Assembly: GCA_965224245.1 (NCBI GenBank)
Contig: OZ245046.1
Coordinates: 4,448,001 to 4,512,000, forward strand
Reading direction: 5' to 3'
Origin: Candidatus Eiseniibacteriota bacterium
GTDB taxonomy: Bacteria; Eisenbacteria; RBG-16-71-46; CAZAMP01
Length of the DNA: 64,000 bases
The position numbers were made by a program, and so were the translations under genes. The notes beneath the pieces were generated by a model. The model had not been told where the DNA came from and did not search any database. It worked only from the letters and a program-made list of their open reading frames with translations. Below are positions 38,016-49,082 of the stretch, one piece after another. The stretch's first letter is position 1; the number at the start of each line of letters is the position of its first letter.

Positions 38016-39079
38016 TGGGAAAGCTCGCGAAACCCATCGTCATTCTCGCGGTCGTGCTGGTCGCACTGGTCTTGGTCTCGAAGCTCAGTGAGGACCGCAA
38101 GCTCGCCACCGAGAGCGGCGGCGGCTTCACCGACGTCCTCGGCAGCGGCTTCGATACCGGCAACATCGACGTCGTCGAGGGCTGGCTCGGCTCTGCCCCG
38201 GACACGCTGGTCACGTTGACGCGCGGCACCGACGGCTGGGTCGTGTCGTCGGCCTGGAGCTGGCCGGCCAAGGAGGCCCAGGTCGATCGACTGATCGAGA
38301 ACCTGGGGAAGCTCTCCGGTGAACGTCGCTCCTCGGACGCGTCGGTGCTGGCCGATTATCAGATCGACGACGAGTCGGGCTTTCACCTCGTCGGCAGGAA
38401 GTCCGGCGGCGCCGAGCTCTTCCACGTCGTCGTGGGCAAGAACGCCAGCGGCGGCGACTTCGTCCGAACCGAGGGCTCGAACGACGTCTATCTGACGAGC
38501 GTGAACCTCCGCTCGGACTTCGGACTCTGGGGCGAGACGCCCAAGCCCCCGGACAACAAGCGGTGGGTGGACCTCGTGGTCAACACGTGCGACCGGGAGG
38601 CCGTGGACGAGGTCGTCCTGAGCACGCCCGACGGCGACATCGTGCTCACGCGCGAGTTCGAGACGATCACGCCCGATCCCGCGGAGGAGGCCGAGGCCGG
38701 CGCCGACGAGACCAGCGTGGACGTCGGCGGCGACGGGACCACCGTCAATCGAAAGGTCTACGAGTACACGCCGGACGCCAAGGGCGCCTTCGACAAGGCG
38801 AAGGCCGATCGCGTGATCGGTGCGCTGGCGTCGCTCCGGGCGTCGGACGTGGCCGATCCCGCCGACGTCGACTCGTACGGCTTCGAGGGAGGCCGTTCGG
38901 CCGAGATCACGCTCAGCGACGGCTCGGTCACGAAGATCATCTTCGGGTCGAACACCGAGGACGACTCGAAGACGTACGTGATGGCCGAGGGTGGGAAGCC
39001 GGCGATGATGTACAAGGGGACCGTCGACAACATCTTCAAGTCGAGGGACGAGCTGTCGCCGGACGAGAACTCGTCCTAG
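38015..39079 (+). CDS. DUF4340 domain protein
   Basis: N-terminal anchor; W..WPAK...VDRLIENL, YQID, VVGK, FVR repeated twice; usual fourth gene of Gld-like ABC operons; TAATG coupling. Confidence 0.78.
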   Translation: MGKLAKPIVILAVVLVALVLVSKLSEDRKLATESGGGFTDVLGSGFDTGNIDVVEGWLGSAPDTLVTLTRGTDGWVVSSAWSWPAKEAQVDRLIENLGKLSGERRSSDASVLADYQIDDESGFHLVGRKSGGAELFHVVVGKNASGGDFVRTEGSNDVYLTSVNLRSDFGLWGETPKPPDNKRWVDLVVNTCDREAVDEVVLSTPDGDIVLTREFETITPDPAEEAEAGADETSVDVGGDGTTVNRKVYEYTPDAKGAFDKAKADRVIGALASLRASDVADPADVDSYGFEGGRSAEITLSDGSVTKIIFGSNTEDDSKTYVMAEGGKPAMMYKGTVDNIFKSRDELSPDENSS

Positions 39080-39100
39080 GTCCGGCAGATCGGCGGCGCG

Positions 39101-39131
39101 TGCCTCCGTCCCGCGAGCCGGGACGGGGGCA
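39101..39131. terminator. Hairpin between convergent genes
   Basis: TGCCTCCGTCCCG-CGAGC-CGGGACGGGGGCA, 13-bp stem with one G-U pair. Confidence 0.55.
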
Positions 39132-39241
39132 TGAACCCCTCTGCTCGGACAGGCCTCGGGCGGCCGCGCTCGACGCGCGGCCTGATTCCCTGCGGACTCG
39201 CTGGGATCCAACCCCCCATCGCCGCTCGATGACTGCACGCG

Positions 39242-42200
39242 CTACTTCAGCACCACGAGCTTCGTGCGGCTGCGGAAGCCGAACGACGTGGTCATCCGCG
39301 CCCAGTAGACACCGCTTCCCACTTCCTTGCCGGCATCGTCGAGTCCGTCCCAGGTCACGGCGTGGATCGCGGGATCCTGAGCGGACGACACCAGCGTGCG
39401 AACGCGGCGGCCGTTCACGTCGTACACCTTCAGTGTGACGAAGCCGGACTCTCCGAGCACGTAACGCAGCGTCGTCGTCGGATTGAACGGGTTGGGCGCC
39501 GCCGACACGAGGCGAGTGATCGCCAGAGCCCCGAGCCCGGGGGACGGCTCGACCGCGATGACGCAGTCCGGATCCTTCAGCGGGTCCACCGGCACGCCGA
39601 GCCACTCGAACACGTCGGCCACGCGCCGGGCGATCGCGGTGAGATCCTCGCACGCGCCGCCTCCGGGGCCGGATCCGGTCCAGCCGTCCGGTGTCGTGCG
39701 GAGCAGATCGAGCGAGAACGAGTCGGTCACGACGCGCTGGCTGCGTGACGCGTCCTGATCGTTGGACACCGAGGCGTACATCTCCGCGGCTCCGCCGGAG
39801 TCCTGGTCGATGTACTCGAGGTTGCCGACGCCCTCCGATTCGACGCCGATCACGTCGAACGGCGTGAGTGTCGAGCAGCCGGCGCGCGCCACCGACGCGT
39901 AGCTCTCGCCGCCGACGGGGAAGTGTCTCCCGCCGGACGGATCCAGCCTCACGCACGCGGATCCGTCGCCGCTCAGCGACTCGTAGTCGCCGCGGCGGAA
40001 GGCCTGAGCGTAGCGCTCGAGCAATCGGTTCGAGTACGGACGACCGGATCGCGAGAGAATGCGCGTGACGTGGTCACCGTTCAGCCACAGCCCGCGCGTG
40101 AGCGAGTCGTCGCAGCGCGGCGCCTCGACGTTCTGGATCAGGATCCGAGCGTCCTGATCGCGCAGGCCCTCCTGGGAGCGCGACCCGGTGTTGTAGAGGA
40201 TCGTGTTGTAGGCCAGCGACTGGAAGAGCGTCATCCCGTTGTCACCGAAGAGCTCGCGACCCAGCGGCGCCGGCACGTTGGAGCTGGCGGCGAGGTAGTC
40301 GTAGCGATCCCAGTTGTCGCGCGTTCGTCCCTCGACGTCGTCGGACGCGCCGAGAATCGGGCGCAGTCCTGCGTTCTCGATCACGTGCTGGCGGCCATCG
40401 TTTGCGGCGTCCACGTACAGGACGCAGGACGTGACCAGCGCGCCGCCCGGGCTCTCGCGCCATCCGGGCAGGACCTCGAACTCCAGCGCGCCATCGGTCG
40501 TGTCGGGAGCCACCCGGGTGCCGCCCGGACCCTCGGACGAGAAGAAGTACTCGACCGTGGTCCCGGGCGTGAACAGTCCGTCGGGCAGGATCTTGGGATC
40601 GTCGGCGTCCAGGACGCCGTCGTCGTGGACGTACGTCGCAAAGTGCTCGTCTCGCGGCGACGGAAGCGCCTCCATGCGGACGGCCAGGTAGTCGACGCGG
40701 TCTCCGGCGCCACCCACCGCGCCTCCGCGCGCATCGAGGAACGCGGCGTAGTCACCGTCGTCGATTGCCGGACCGGGATGCACCCGGAAGTTCAGGTACA
40801 CCTCGGCGCCGGGCTCGGAGATGACCACCGCGGAGTCGCCCATGTTCGCGTTCGTCTGGTCGCCGTCCAATCGGTTGTTGTCGAAGAACGAGTGCACGTC
40901 GGCGGTCGCCGTCGGTGACAGCGAGCTCTCCTGGGGAAAGACGTCTTGATAGAGGAGCTCGAGCGCGATCGCGGGGACATCGAGGCCGTCGCCCACCGCC
41001 GCGATGCGGATGTCGTCCCAGTACGGCCTCTCGTCGCGGCGCTCCGGATTACACGATCCGAAGTCGTCGCAGTTGACGAGCAGCTCGATCGCCACGGCCA
41101 GGGAGTCGGCGTCTCCGGGAATGTACGGGCTCACGTCCTCGATCACGCGGGCGCACTGATCGGGTAGGAACAGGAATCCCCCGACGCCGACGAAATCCCG
41201 GGACCAACCCACGACGCCGGTCGCCTCACAGGTCCACGGGTAGTACGAGATCCCGACCCGGTAGCCCACGCCGGCGTTGGCCCGTGCCCCGTACGTGTTC
41301 CACATCACACGCCAGTCGGATCGGCCCTCCACCGGCGAGCCGGGACCGACGTAGAGGGGAGGCGAACGCATCAGCTCGTGCTGTCCCTCCGGGTGAACCT
41401 CCGGCCCCACCCCGTCGAAGGCCGTCATCACGTACGCGTTCTCGGGGTCGGCGAGCGGACACGTGCACGGATCGTCCTCGATCGGTGGCAGATCGTCCAG
41501 GTGCGTCACGTCGAGGTACGTTCCGATCGGCGGGGCGGCGAAGAACGCCCACTCCTCGGGCCCCGACTCGAAGTCGTCGGTGTCGGACAGCCCGGTGCCC
41601 GCAATCGAGAAGTTGTCGAGCCCGAACGCGCCATAGACCGAGTTCAGGAAGCCCGAGAAGGAGTCGCGACCGTCCGAAAAGAGGGGATCGGACACGAACT
41701 CGAACACGACGTCGAAGTCGCCGGCCCCGATCGGCAGGTCGTCGACCTGGATCACGAGGCTCTCGTGCGCCGGCGACGACGGAGTGCCGATCGCCGTGCC
41801 CTCTTGAGTCGAGCCCGAGTACTCCGCCAGGGGATCGCTTCGCACTCCATCCACGACGGTGTAGAGCGAGGTGATGTCGAAGTCCGTCTCACTGTCGGTG
41901 AAGTAGTCGAACTCGATCGTCACGACACCGACGCCGGTGTACGAGAACGTCTTGGTCGCCGACACCGTCCACAGGTTGTCGTAGCCCATCCCGCCCGGCC
42001 AGCAATCCTCCGCGGCCTCGGCGTCGTGAGCGCCGACCCAGAGCGATCCATCGCCGTCGATGATGGCGCTGACGGGATCATCGACGAAGTCGATCGTCGT
42101 CCGGTGGCGGAAGAACGGGTTTCCGAACGCATCGACACCGCCGCCCGAGAGGTCTTCGCTCGTCCATCCCTGGAGCGTGCCGTCCTCGAAGTCCCAGACG

Positions 42201-42430
42201 CCGCCGACCTCGGCGAGGCCATCCGACCCCAGACCGCCGAACCAGATCGTGTCGGCCGCTCCGCGTGCGGTCCTTGCGGCGTGCTCGACCAGCCCGGTCT
42301 CGATGGAGACGGGGTGCGACAGCGTCGGCTCGATCCTCGGTCCGGCCACGGGCCGCCGCGCGGTGGTGAGCGAAGGCGCCGTGCACACCGCCATCACCGA
42401 GAGTGCCAAGATGATTCTCCGTGTCGTCAT
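39242..42430 (-). CDS. Large secreted acidic protein with C-terminal FlgD-Ig/T9SS-CTD-like domain (paralogue of 50062..53391)
   Basis: Signal peptide; WDFEDGTLQGW; C-terminal APNPFNPTTTLRY...YDVNGRRVRTLV...WDGLDD...SGVYWARM...KLVVLK. Confidence 0.85.
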   Translation of the reverse strand: MTTRRIILALSVMAVCTAPSLTTARRPVAGPRIEPTLSHPVSIETGLVEHAARTARGAADTIWFGGLGSDGLAEVGGVWDFEDGTLQGWTSEDLSGGGVDAFGNPFFRHRTTIDFVDDPVSAIIDGDGSLWVGAHDAEAAEDCWPGGMGYDNLWTVSATKTFSYTGVGVVTIEFDYFTDSETDFDITSLYTVVDGVRSDPLAEYSGSTQEGTAIGTPSSPAHESLVIQVDDLPIGAGDFDVVFEFVSDPLFSDGRDSFSGFLNSVYGAFGLDNFSIAGTGLSDTDDFESGPEEWAFFAAPPIGTYLDVTHLDDLPPIEDDPCTCPLADPENAYVMTAFDGVGPEVHPEGQHELMRSPPLYVGPGSPVEGRSDWRVMWNTYGARANAGVGYRVGISYYPWTCEATGVVGWSRDFVGVGGFLFLPDQCARVIEDVSPYIPGDADSLAVAIELLVNCDDFGSCNPERRDERPYWDDIRIAAVGDGLDVPAIALELLYQDVFPQESSLSPTATADVHSFFDNNRLDGDQTNANMGDSAVVISEPGAEVYLNFRVHPGPAIDDGDYAAFLDARGGAVGGAGDRVDYLAVRMEALPSPRDEHFATYVHDDGVLDADDPKILPDGLFTPGTTVEYFFSSEGPGGTRVAPDTTDGALEFEVLPGWRESPGGALVTSCVLYVDAANDGRQHVIENAGLRPILGASDDVEGRTRDNWDRYDYLAASSNVPAPLGRELFGDNGMTLFQSLAYNTILYNTGSRSQEGLRDQDARILIQNVEAPRCDDSLTRGLWLNGDHVTRILSRSGRPYSNRLLERYAQAFRRGDYESLSGDGSACVRLDPSGGRHFPVGGESYASVARAGCSTLTPFDVIGVESEGVGNLEYIDQDSGGAAEMYASVSNDQDASRSQRVVTDSFSLDLLRTTPDGWTGSGPGGGACEDLTAIARRVADVFEWLGVPVDPLKDPDCVIAVEPSPGLGALAITRLVSAAPNPFNPTTTLRYVLGESGFVTLKVYDVNGRRVRTLVSSAQDPAIHAVTWDGLDDAGKEVGSGVYWARMTTSFGFRSRTKLVVLK
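42168..42198. repeat. 31-bp exact repeat shared with 53135-53165 (paralogous genes)
   Basis: CCCTGGAGCGTGCCGTCCTCGAAGTCCCAGA occurs at both positions and encodes the WDFEDGTLQG motif. Confidence 0.8.
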
Positions 42431-42950
42431 GACCTGAATCCTCCCTTTTCATCCACTCGAGTGCGCCGAGCGCGTCGCGGCGGGAGGTCCGGACGCGAGG
42501 GGCGGGCCCGACAATGCTCAGAGACTCGATCGTGCGGGCACGGAACACGTGCCCGGAACGGTGAGGGATACCGAAGTCGAGCGCGGGGAGAACGCGCGCG
42601 GCGCGCGCGGGTCGGCGACGAGCAGAGAGCGGTCCTGCGGCGCGCAACGGCTGCGACGTGGAGAAGCGGGAGCCGACCATCGACGACGCACCTCCCAGAT
42701 CTCGTGTGCACACGCTCGACGTGTTCGGGAGGGACTATTCAGACGCTATGTCCAAATGAGCAGTTCCGTCAACTGTTTTCGTTGTTGCGCGCCACCTCAC
42801 CCCGGCGCGACGCGTGCGACGCCGAGGCGTGTGCTAGACTCGTGCGTTCGCGATCGCACGGCCACCCCCACTCCAGACGCTCCGGCGGCGCACGCGCGGC
42901 CGCAGTTCGCCATGCGCACGCATCCTCATGTCATCCAAGGAGTTAACTAG

Positions 42951-45920
42951 GTGCACGCGATCAGCCACACCGTCCGGTGGACGATCCCCGCCATCGCGAT
43001 GACCGTCGGATCCGGGATCCTGGCCAGCGTGCCGGCATTCGTTCCGGCGCCCCAGAACGCCGAGTACGAGATCCCACTCCCGACGTTCGACGCTCGCACG
43101 TTCCGGACGCTCGAGACTCTCGCTGCCACTCGCACCGTGACCGAGGCGGCGGCGGCCAAGTTCGGCGGCGAGTGGCGCGTGTATTCCTGGAGCGCGTCGT
43201 CCGGGACGGCTCGCGATCTGTATGGCAGCGGTCTCGACCTGGGCGCGCCGATCACGACCGATGAGGCCGCCGACGCGGTCGCGCGAGGCGTCATCGCCGA
43301 CAATCCCGAGATCTTCGCCGCCGACGTCTCGAACCTGACGTTGGATGCGATCGCGCGCGGACGCGGCAAGGTCGGCGTGCACTACCGGCAGACCTACCTG
43401 GGCATCGAGGTTCTGGGATCCAAGATCTACACGATCTTCACCGAGGACGGCGGTCGGCTGTTCGTCATGGGCTCCAACTACCACGGAGACATCTCGCTCG
43501 ACCCGACACCCGCGCTCGCCCGGTCCGAGGCGATCGGCATCGCACGGGACGCCGTTCCGTTCGACCCGTCCACCGACGCCGTCGAGGACGAGGTCGACCT
43601 CCTGATCGTCCCCGTTCCGACGTCACCGTCGTCGGTGCAGCACCGACTGGCGTGGCGTGTCCGCGTCCAGACGCACGATCCGCTCGGGATCTGGGTCACG
43701 CACGTGGACGCTCACACCGGCGAGATCTTCTACCGCTACAACGACGTGCGTTTCTTCGACTACGAGGGTACGAGCGCTCTCGACACCCAGCCGATCACGT
43801 ACTGCGACGGGACCGAGCCCGCGGCCGCCAAGTACATGTACGTCGACGTCGACGGGCTGCCTCAGATCACGACCGGCGCCGACGGCACGTGGGCGGCCGG
43901 CGTGGACGACACGGTCGACCGCAGCGCGTCGGCGGCTCTGCAGGGTCCCTACGTCACCATTCAGAACTTCGCCGGTGACGAGGCGTCGTGGACGGGAACC
44001 GCAACCCCCGGTGAGCCGACCGAGATCTACTTCGACATCTCGAACTCGCAGGCCGACGAGCGCGACGTTTTCGACGGTGTGAACGACATCCACGACTTCT
44101 TCCAGGAGATCGACCCGACCTTCGCGTACGCGTCCGAGCAGATCGTCGCGAACGTCAGCATCGACGAGAACTGCAACGCGTTCTGGTTCGGCTCGATCAA
44201 CTTCTACCGGGAGGGCGGCGGCTGCGCGAACACCGGCGAGATCCAGGGCGTCGTCCAGCACGAGTACGGTCACGGCGTTCAGAGTGCGGTGATCGGCGGT
44301 CAAGGGAACGAGGGGCTCGGCGAAGGCAACGCCGACGTGCTCGCCAACATCATGACACGCGAGTCGATCATCGGGCGGGGCTTCTCGCTGGACGCTTGCT
44401 CCACCGGGCTTCGCAACTCGGACAACGATCTGCGCTACCCCGAGCACGTCGTCGGTCGAGAGGAGCACGACGCCGGCCGCGTCATCGCGGGCTTCCACTG
44501 GGACATGGCCGAGAATCTCAGGGCGAGCCTGGGTGAGGACGAGGGCTGGCGGTACATGGCCGAGCTCTGGCACTACGCGCGCAAGCTCCACCGGCCGGTG
44601 TATCAGCCGGATCAGGTTCTGGCCAACTTCATCGCGGACGACGACGACGGTGACCTCACCAACGGCACGCCGAACTACCTCGATCTCTGCGCCGCCGCCG
44701 AGCACCACGGGTTCTCGTGCCCGGCATCCTCCGGCGTTCACTTCTGGCGATCGGCGACCTCGAACACCGTGGACCGCACGGACCCGATCAGCATCGTCGT
44801 GGCGCCGTTCTCGACCGACGGCTCGATCGTTCCGAGCTCCGTCGAGATGCACTACCGGATCGACGGCGGATCGTTCATCGACGTCGGCATGACCCCCACC
44901 GGTGATCCGGACGAGTACGAGGCCTCGATCCCGGCTCAGCCGCTGGGGACGTTGATCGAGTACTGGGTGGAGGCCAGCGACGACCTCGGCTCCACCGGCA
45001 CCGGTCCCGCGGACGCGCCCGCGTCACTGCACGGATTCTACGTGGCGGCGGTGTACGACCCCTTCGAGGAGGATGACGCGGCCTGGACGGTCGGTTTGCC
45101 CGACGATGACGCCACGCGCGGGATCTGGGAGCGGGTCGATCCGATCGGGACCACCGCCCAGGCGTCCGTCGACGCGACGCCGTCCCCGGGAACCGATGCG
45201 TGGATCACCGGTCAGCACGAGGGACCCGAGGGAGGATGGCAGGGTCAGAGCCAGATCAACGACGGCAAGACCACGCTGATCAGCCCCGTGTACGACATCT
45301 CGGCCAGCACCCAGTTCGCCAGGCTGCAGTACCGGCGCTGGTTCTCGAACGACACGGGCCCGAATCCCGGCGAGGATCCGTGGATCGTCCGGGTGTCGAA
45401 CGACGGCGGCGAGACCTTCGTCGAGGTCGAGAACACCACCGTCAGTGATCGCTCGTGGCTCTTCGTCGAGCACGACCTCTGGGCGCTCTTCGGCGGCAGC
45501 GTCGGACAGATCCAGGTCCAGTTCGAGGCGAGCGACTATGCGCCCAGCGCCGTCGTCGAGGCCGGCGTGGACGACTTCACGATCATCGCCGACCTCGGCG
45601 AGGGCACGGTGGCGGTGGAGCCGACGCTGCCGGGGATCCCGCGGGCGGCGTATCTGGCCGAGGCCCGTCCGAACCCGTTCCGGCCGCGCACGACGATTCG
45701 CTATGGTCTGAACGACGAGGGGCCCGTCACGCTCGCCGTTTATGACGTCGGCGGCCGTCGCGTGCGCGGTCTCGTGAACGCGGTAGAGGGCGCGGGTCAC
45801 CATGCGGTGTCCTGGGACGGCCTCGACGACACCGGTGTTCGCGCACCGTCGGGCGTGTATTACGTGCGGGTGGAGGGTCCGGACCTCTCGGACACGAAGC
45901 GCGTCACGCTCGTTCGCTGA
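42951..45920 (+). CDS. Secreted zinc metallopeptidase (M4/M36-like) with propeptide and FlgD-Ig/T9SS-CTD-like tail
   Basis: FTP-like HYRQTYLGIEV, PepSY-like LAWRV...HVDAHTGEI, HEYGH (HExxH), GEGNAD (third ligand), EHDAG; C-terminal PNPFRP...WDG...SGVYYVR...RVTLVR; AAGGAG RBS. Confidence 0.85.
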   Translation: MHAISHTVRWTIPAIAMTVGSGILASVPAFVPAPQNAEYEIPLPTFDARTFRTLETLAATRTVTEAAAAKFGGEWRVYSWSASSGTARDLYGSGLDLGAPITTDEAADAVARGVIADNPEIFAADVSNLTLDAIARGRGKVGVHYRQTYLGIEVLGSKIYTIFTEDGGRLFVMGSNYHGDISLDPTPALARSEAIGIARDAVPFDPSTDAVEDEVDLLIVPVPTSPSSVQHRLAWRVRVQTHDPLGIWVTHVDAHTGEIFYRYNDVRFFDYEGTSALDTQPITYCDGTEPAAAKYMYVDVDGLPQITTGADGTWAAGVDDTVDRSASAALQGPYVTIQNFAGDEASWTGTATPGEPTEIYFDISNSQADERDVFDGVNDIHDFFQEIDPTFAYASEQIVANVSIDENCNAFWFGSINFYREGGGCANTGEIQGVVQHEYGHGVQSAVIGGQGNEGLGEGNADVLANIMTRESIIGRGFSLDACSTGLRNSDNDLRYPEHVVGREEHDAGRVIAGFHWDMAENLRASLGEDEGWRYMAELWHYARKLHRPVYQPDQVLANFIADDDDGDLTNGTPNYLDLCAAAEHHGFSCPASSGVHFWRSATSNTVDRTDPISIVVAPFSTDGSIVPSSVEMHYRIDGGSFIDVGMTPTGDPDEYEASIPAQPLGTLIEYWVEASDDLGSTGTGPADAPASLHGFYVAAVYDPFEEDDAAWTVGLPDDDATRGIWERVDPIGTTAQASVDATPSPGTDAWITGQHEGPEGGWQGQSQINDGKTTLISPVYDISASTQFARLQYRRWFSNDTGPNPGEDPWIVRVSNDGGETFVEVENTTVSDRSWLFVEHDLWALFGGSVGQIQVQFEASDYAPSAVVEAGVDDFTIIADLGEGTVAVEPTLPGIPRAAYLAEARPNPFRPRTTIRYGLNDEGPVTLAVYDVGGRRVRGLVNAVEGAGHHAVSWDGLDDTGVRAPSGVYYVRVEGPDLSDTKRVTLVR

Positions 45921-45938
45921 TCGGTCGCGTTCGCATTC

Positions 45939-45972
45939 GGCGCCCCCGGCTCCTCGGAGTCGGGGGCGTTCT
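45939..45972 (+). terminator. Probable intrinsic terminator after the metallopeptidase
   Basis: CGCCCCCGGCTCC-TC-GGAGTCGGGGGCG-TTCT, long GC stem with a short U tail. Confidence 0.55.
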
Positions 45973-46127
45973 CGCCTGTGACGTCGGGGCGTGTGCCCCG
46001 TGCCGCATCTCGTGACCGCTCTCGCCGCTCCGCGTCCGGATCGTTGTGCAGCCGGGGGAAGTGCGGCAGAATGACCGGAGCGGCGCGTCCGAGCGCGCCG
46101 GACAACCCCTCCCCAACAGGTCGTCGC

Positions 46128-49082
46128 ATGAGTCGCTCGCTGCCCGAACCGATCGACGGATTCGAGATCAAACATGAGATCGGCCGCGGCGCGATGGGCG
46201 TGGTGTACCTCGCCGAGGACCTGACGCTGGGGCGCGACGTCGCGCTGAAGATCCTGAGCGAGACGCACCGGGACGATCCGGCCCACCTCGAGCGCTTCCG
46301 TCGCGAGGCCCGGGCGCTCGCCGCGCTCAACCATCCCAACGTCGCCACCATCCACTCCCTTCTGGACGTGCGCGATCGAGTCGTCCTCGTCATGGAGCAC
46401 GTGCCCGGCGAGTCGCTCGATCGCCGGGTCGGACTCCTCCCGTTTCGCTCGGTCGTCCGATACGCGCGGCAGATCGCCTCGGGTCTCGAGTTCGCGCATG
46501 CGCACGGCATCGTCCACCGCGATCTGAAGCCGGCCAACGTGATGATCACGCCGCTGGAGCAGGTGAAGCTCCTCGACTTCGGGCTGGCCAAGCGCGGCGC
46601 CGGGCTCGCCGGAGGCGAGAAGCCCACCACACAGGTCGGGGAGATCCTCGGCACGCCCGGGTACATGAGCCCCGAGCAGGTCGAGGGCAAGTCGGTGGAC
46701 CATCGCGCCGACGTCTGGGCGTTCGGGTGCCTCTTGTTCGAGTGCCTCGTGGGTCGGCTGCCGTACGCGGGCAGCACGGCCTACTCGATCCTGGCCCAGA
46801 CGCTGGAGCACGATCCGGACCTCGCGCCCCTGGACTGGGTGTCCGAGATGACGCCGGGGCTGCGCACGCTGATCGAGCACTGCCTGACCCGCGATCCCGG
46901 TGCGCGCGCCTCGGACATGGGGCAGATCCGCGAGCGGCTCGGCGACGAGATCGCGGTCGTGGGCCTGCCGACGGACGTCCGCATGCCGGTGGTGACCGGC
47001 GCCGGTCTCAGCACGACGCCCAACAACCTGCCGATCGCCGCCTCCAAGCTCGTCGGACGGGCCGAGGCGCGCCGTCGCATCACCGCGCTTCTGGACGCGA
47101 ACCGCCTCGTGAACGTCGTGGGTTTCGGGGGAACCGGCAAGACGCGCCTGGCCACCGAGCTCGGGCGCGAGCTGTCCTCCACGTACCTCGACGGCGTCTG
47201 GCTGGTCAGCCTCGACGACCTGATCGACGAGAGCGAGCTCGTCCCCGTCGTGTGCAAGACCATGCGCCTCACCGACCAGGCCGGGCTGGTGGAGCAGCTC
47301 CAGCACCGGCGTCATCTCCTGATCCTCGACAACTGCGAGCATCTGCGCGACGCGTGCGCCACCTTCCTGAAGGGCATCCTCACGGTCGACCTCCGCTCAC
47401 GCGTTCTGGCGACCAGTCGAGAGCCGCTCGGGCTCAGCGGCGAGCAGATCTACCGGCTCCCTCAGCTCGACGTCCCGCATCTGAACGGATCGGCGACGAT
47501 GGCCGACGTCGAGGAGTGCGAGGCGGTCACGCTCTTCGTGCAGCGTGCGAGATCGGCACAGGACGACTTCACGCTCACACCGGACAACTGGACCCACGTC
47601 CTCGACATCTGCCGGCGGGTGGACGGGAGCGCGCTGGGAATCGAGCTGGCCGCGGCACGTGTTCCGGTCCTCTCGCCCCGGCAGCTCAGCGAGCGACTCT
47701 CGGGCGATCTGTCCCGCGTCCTCGTCGGTCGCGGATCGGACCTGCCCGAGCGCCACCGCACCCTGGCCCGCCTGGTGTCGTGGAGCTACGCGAACCTCAA
47801 CGACCGCGAGCAGAAGGTGCTCGAGATGCTGTCGGTGTTCGTGGGCGGGTGGACGCTGGACGCCGCCGAGGCCGTCTGCACGACCGAGTCCATCGAGTCG
47901 TGGGAGATCCTCGACATCCTGGGCAGCCTGATCGACAAGTCGCTCGTGGAGCGCGTGATCCATCCGCTCATGGTGAACCGGCGCGCGCGATACCGGCTCC
48001 TCCAGATCGTGCGCGAGGAGGTTCGCGCCCAGGCCGCACCCGAGACGCTGGCGGATGCGGCGGTCCGGCACTGCGAGTACTACGTGTCGCTGACCGCGGA
48101 CCCCAATCCGACCAAGTGGCCCCACGGTTACTCGTCGATCGATCCCGACGAGGCGAACTACCGGCTCGCGCTGGAGACCGCGGTCGCTCGTGAGCACCCA
48201 GGTCAGGCATCGATGCTGATCGCGCTCGGGTGGCGGTCGTTCGCACACGGGGACCACCGGAGCATGCTCGGCTACGCCGATCGCGCGTTTGCCCTGGGTG
48301 TGAGCGACGAGGTCTCCACGGGCGTGCTCCACTACCTCGCGGGCACCGCTCACTGCATGGCCGGCCGCACCGAGGAGGCGGTGTCGCACCTGGATCGGGC
48401 GATGGAGATCACGGCCGATCCGGATCTCGGCGAGCTCAGCATCGACATCATCCAGAACTGGTCGATCGTCACCAACGTGGACCGGGCCGAGCTGGTCGAG
48501 CGGTACGCACGGCTCGTGGCCGAGACGAGAGCCGTGAGCACCAATCAGCGGGCCAAGCTCCTGAACAACTACATCGCGCTGCTCCTGGAGAGCGGGGACT
48601 ACGACCGCGCGCGCGAGGCGATCACCGAGTGCCTCGCCGCCGCCCGCGCGGGCGACTATCCGCAACGCCTGCCCTACTCCCTGAACGCGGCGGCCGTGAT
48701 CGCCTTTCACGACGGTCAGCTCGACGAGGCCCGATCGGCCCTGGTGGAGAGCGCCCAGCTCAGTCGCCGAATCCGGCACGACGCGAACCTCCGGGCGGCG
48801 CTCGTGTGGCTGGCCCGCGTGCTGAGCACACAGGACGAGCCGGAGGCCGCGGCGACGAGCCTCGGCATGGCCAACACGGTGGATGCGCGACTCGACGCTC
48901 CGTTTCCACACGAGCACGACAACGCGGTGGCCCGCGAACGCATCGAGTGCACCCTGGGCACGAAGGCGTTCCAGGCTCGGTTCGAGGCCGGTCGGTCCGC
49001 GTCGGACGACGACGTCGACACGTTCCTGCGCTCGCTCCGGAGCGACGGCGCGGCCGGCAGCGCCGCGGGAGCCCGGACGTGA
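46128..49082 (+). CDS. Ser/Thr kinase - STAND NTPase (NB-ARC-like) - TPR protein
   Basis: Kinase motifs GRGAMGVV, VALK, HRDLKPAN, DFG, GTPGYMSPEQ; Walker A GFGGTGKT, Walker B LLILDNCEH, TSRE, IELAAAR; C-terminal TPR helices. Confidence 0.9.
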   Translation: MSRSLPEPIDGFEIKHEIGRGAMGVVYLAEDLTLGRDVALKILSETHRDDPAHLERFRREARALAALNHPNVATIHSLLDVRDRVVLVMEHVPGESLDRRVGLLPFRSVVRYARQIASGLEFAHAHGIVHRDLKPANVMITPLEQVKLLDFGLAKRGAGLAGGEKPTTQVGEILGTPGYMSPEQVEGKSVDHRADVWAFGCLLFECLVGRLPYAGSTAYSILAQTLEHDPDLAPLDWVSEMTPGLRTLIEHCLTRDPGARASDMGQIRERLGDEIAVVGLPTDVRMPVVTGAGLSTTPNNLPIAASKLVGRAEARRRITALLDANRLVNVVGFGGTGKTRLATELGRELSSTYLDGVWLVSLDDLIDESELVPVVCKTMRLTDQAGLVEQLQHRRHLLILDNCEHLRDACATFLKGILTVDLRSRVLATSREPLGLSGEQIYRLPQLDVPHLNGSATMADVEECEAVTLFVQRARSAQDDFTLTPDNWTHVLDICRRVDGSALGIELAAARVPVLSPRQLSERLSGDLSRVLVGRGSDLPERHRTLARLVSWSYANLNDREQKVLEMLSVFVGGWTLDAAEAVCTTESIESWEILDILGSLIDKSLVERVIHPLMVNRRARYRLLQIVREEVRAQAAPETLADAAVRHCEYYVSLTADPNPTKWPHGYSSIDPDEANYRLALETAVAREHPGQASMLIALGWRSFAHGDHRSMLGYADRAFALGVSDEVSTGVLHYLAGTAHCMAGRTEEAVSHLDRAMEITADPDLGELSIDIIQNWSIVTNVDRAELVERYARLVAETRAVSTNQRAKLLNNYIALLLESGDYDRAREAITECLAAARAGDYPQRLPYSLNAAAVIAFHDGQLDEARSALVESAQLSRRIRHDANLRAALVWLARVLSTQDEPEAAATSLGMANTVDARLDAPFPHEHDNAVARERIECTLGTKAFQARFEAGRSASDDDVDTFLRSLRSDGAAGSAAGART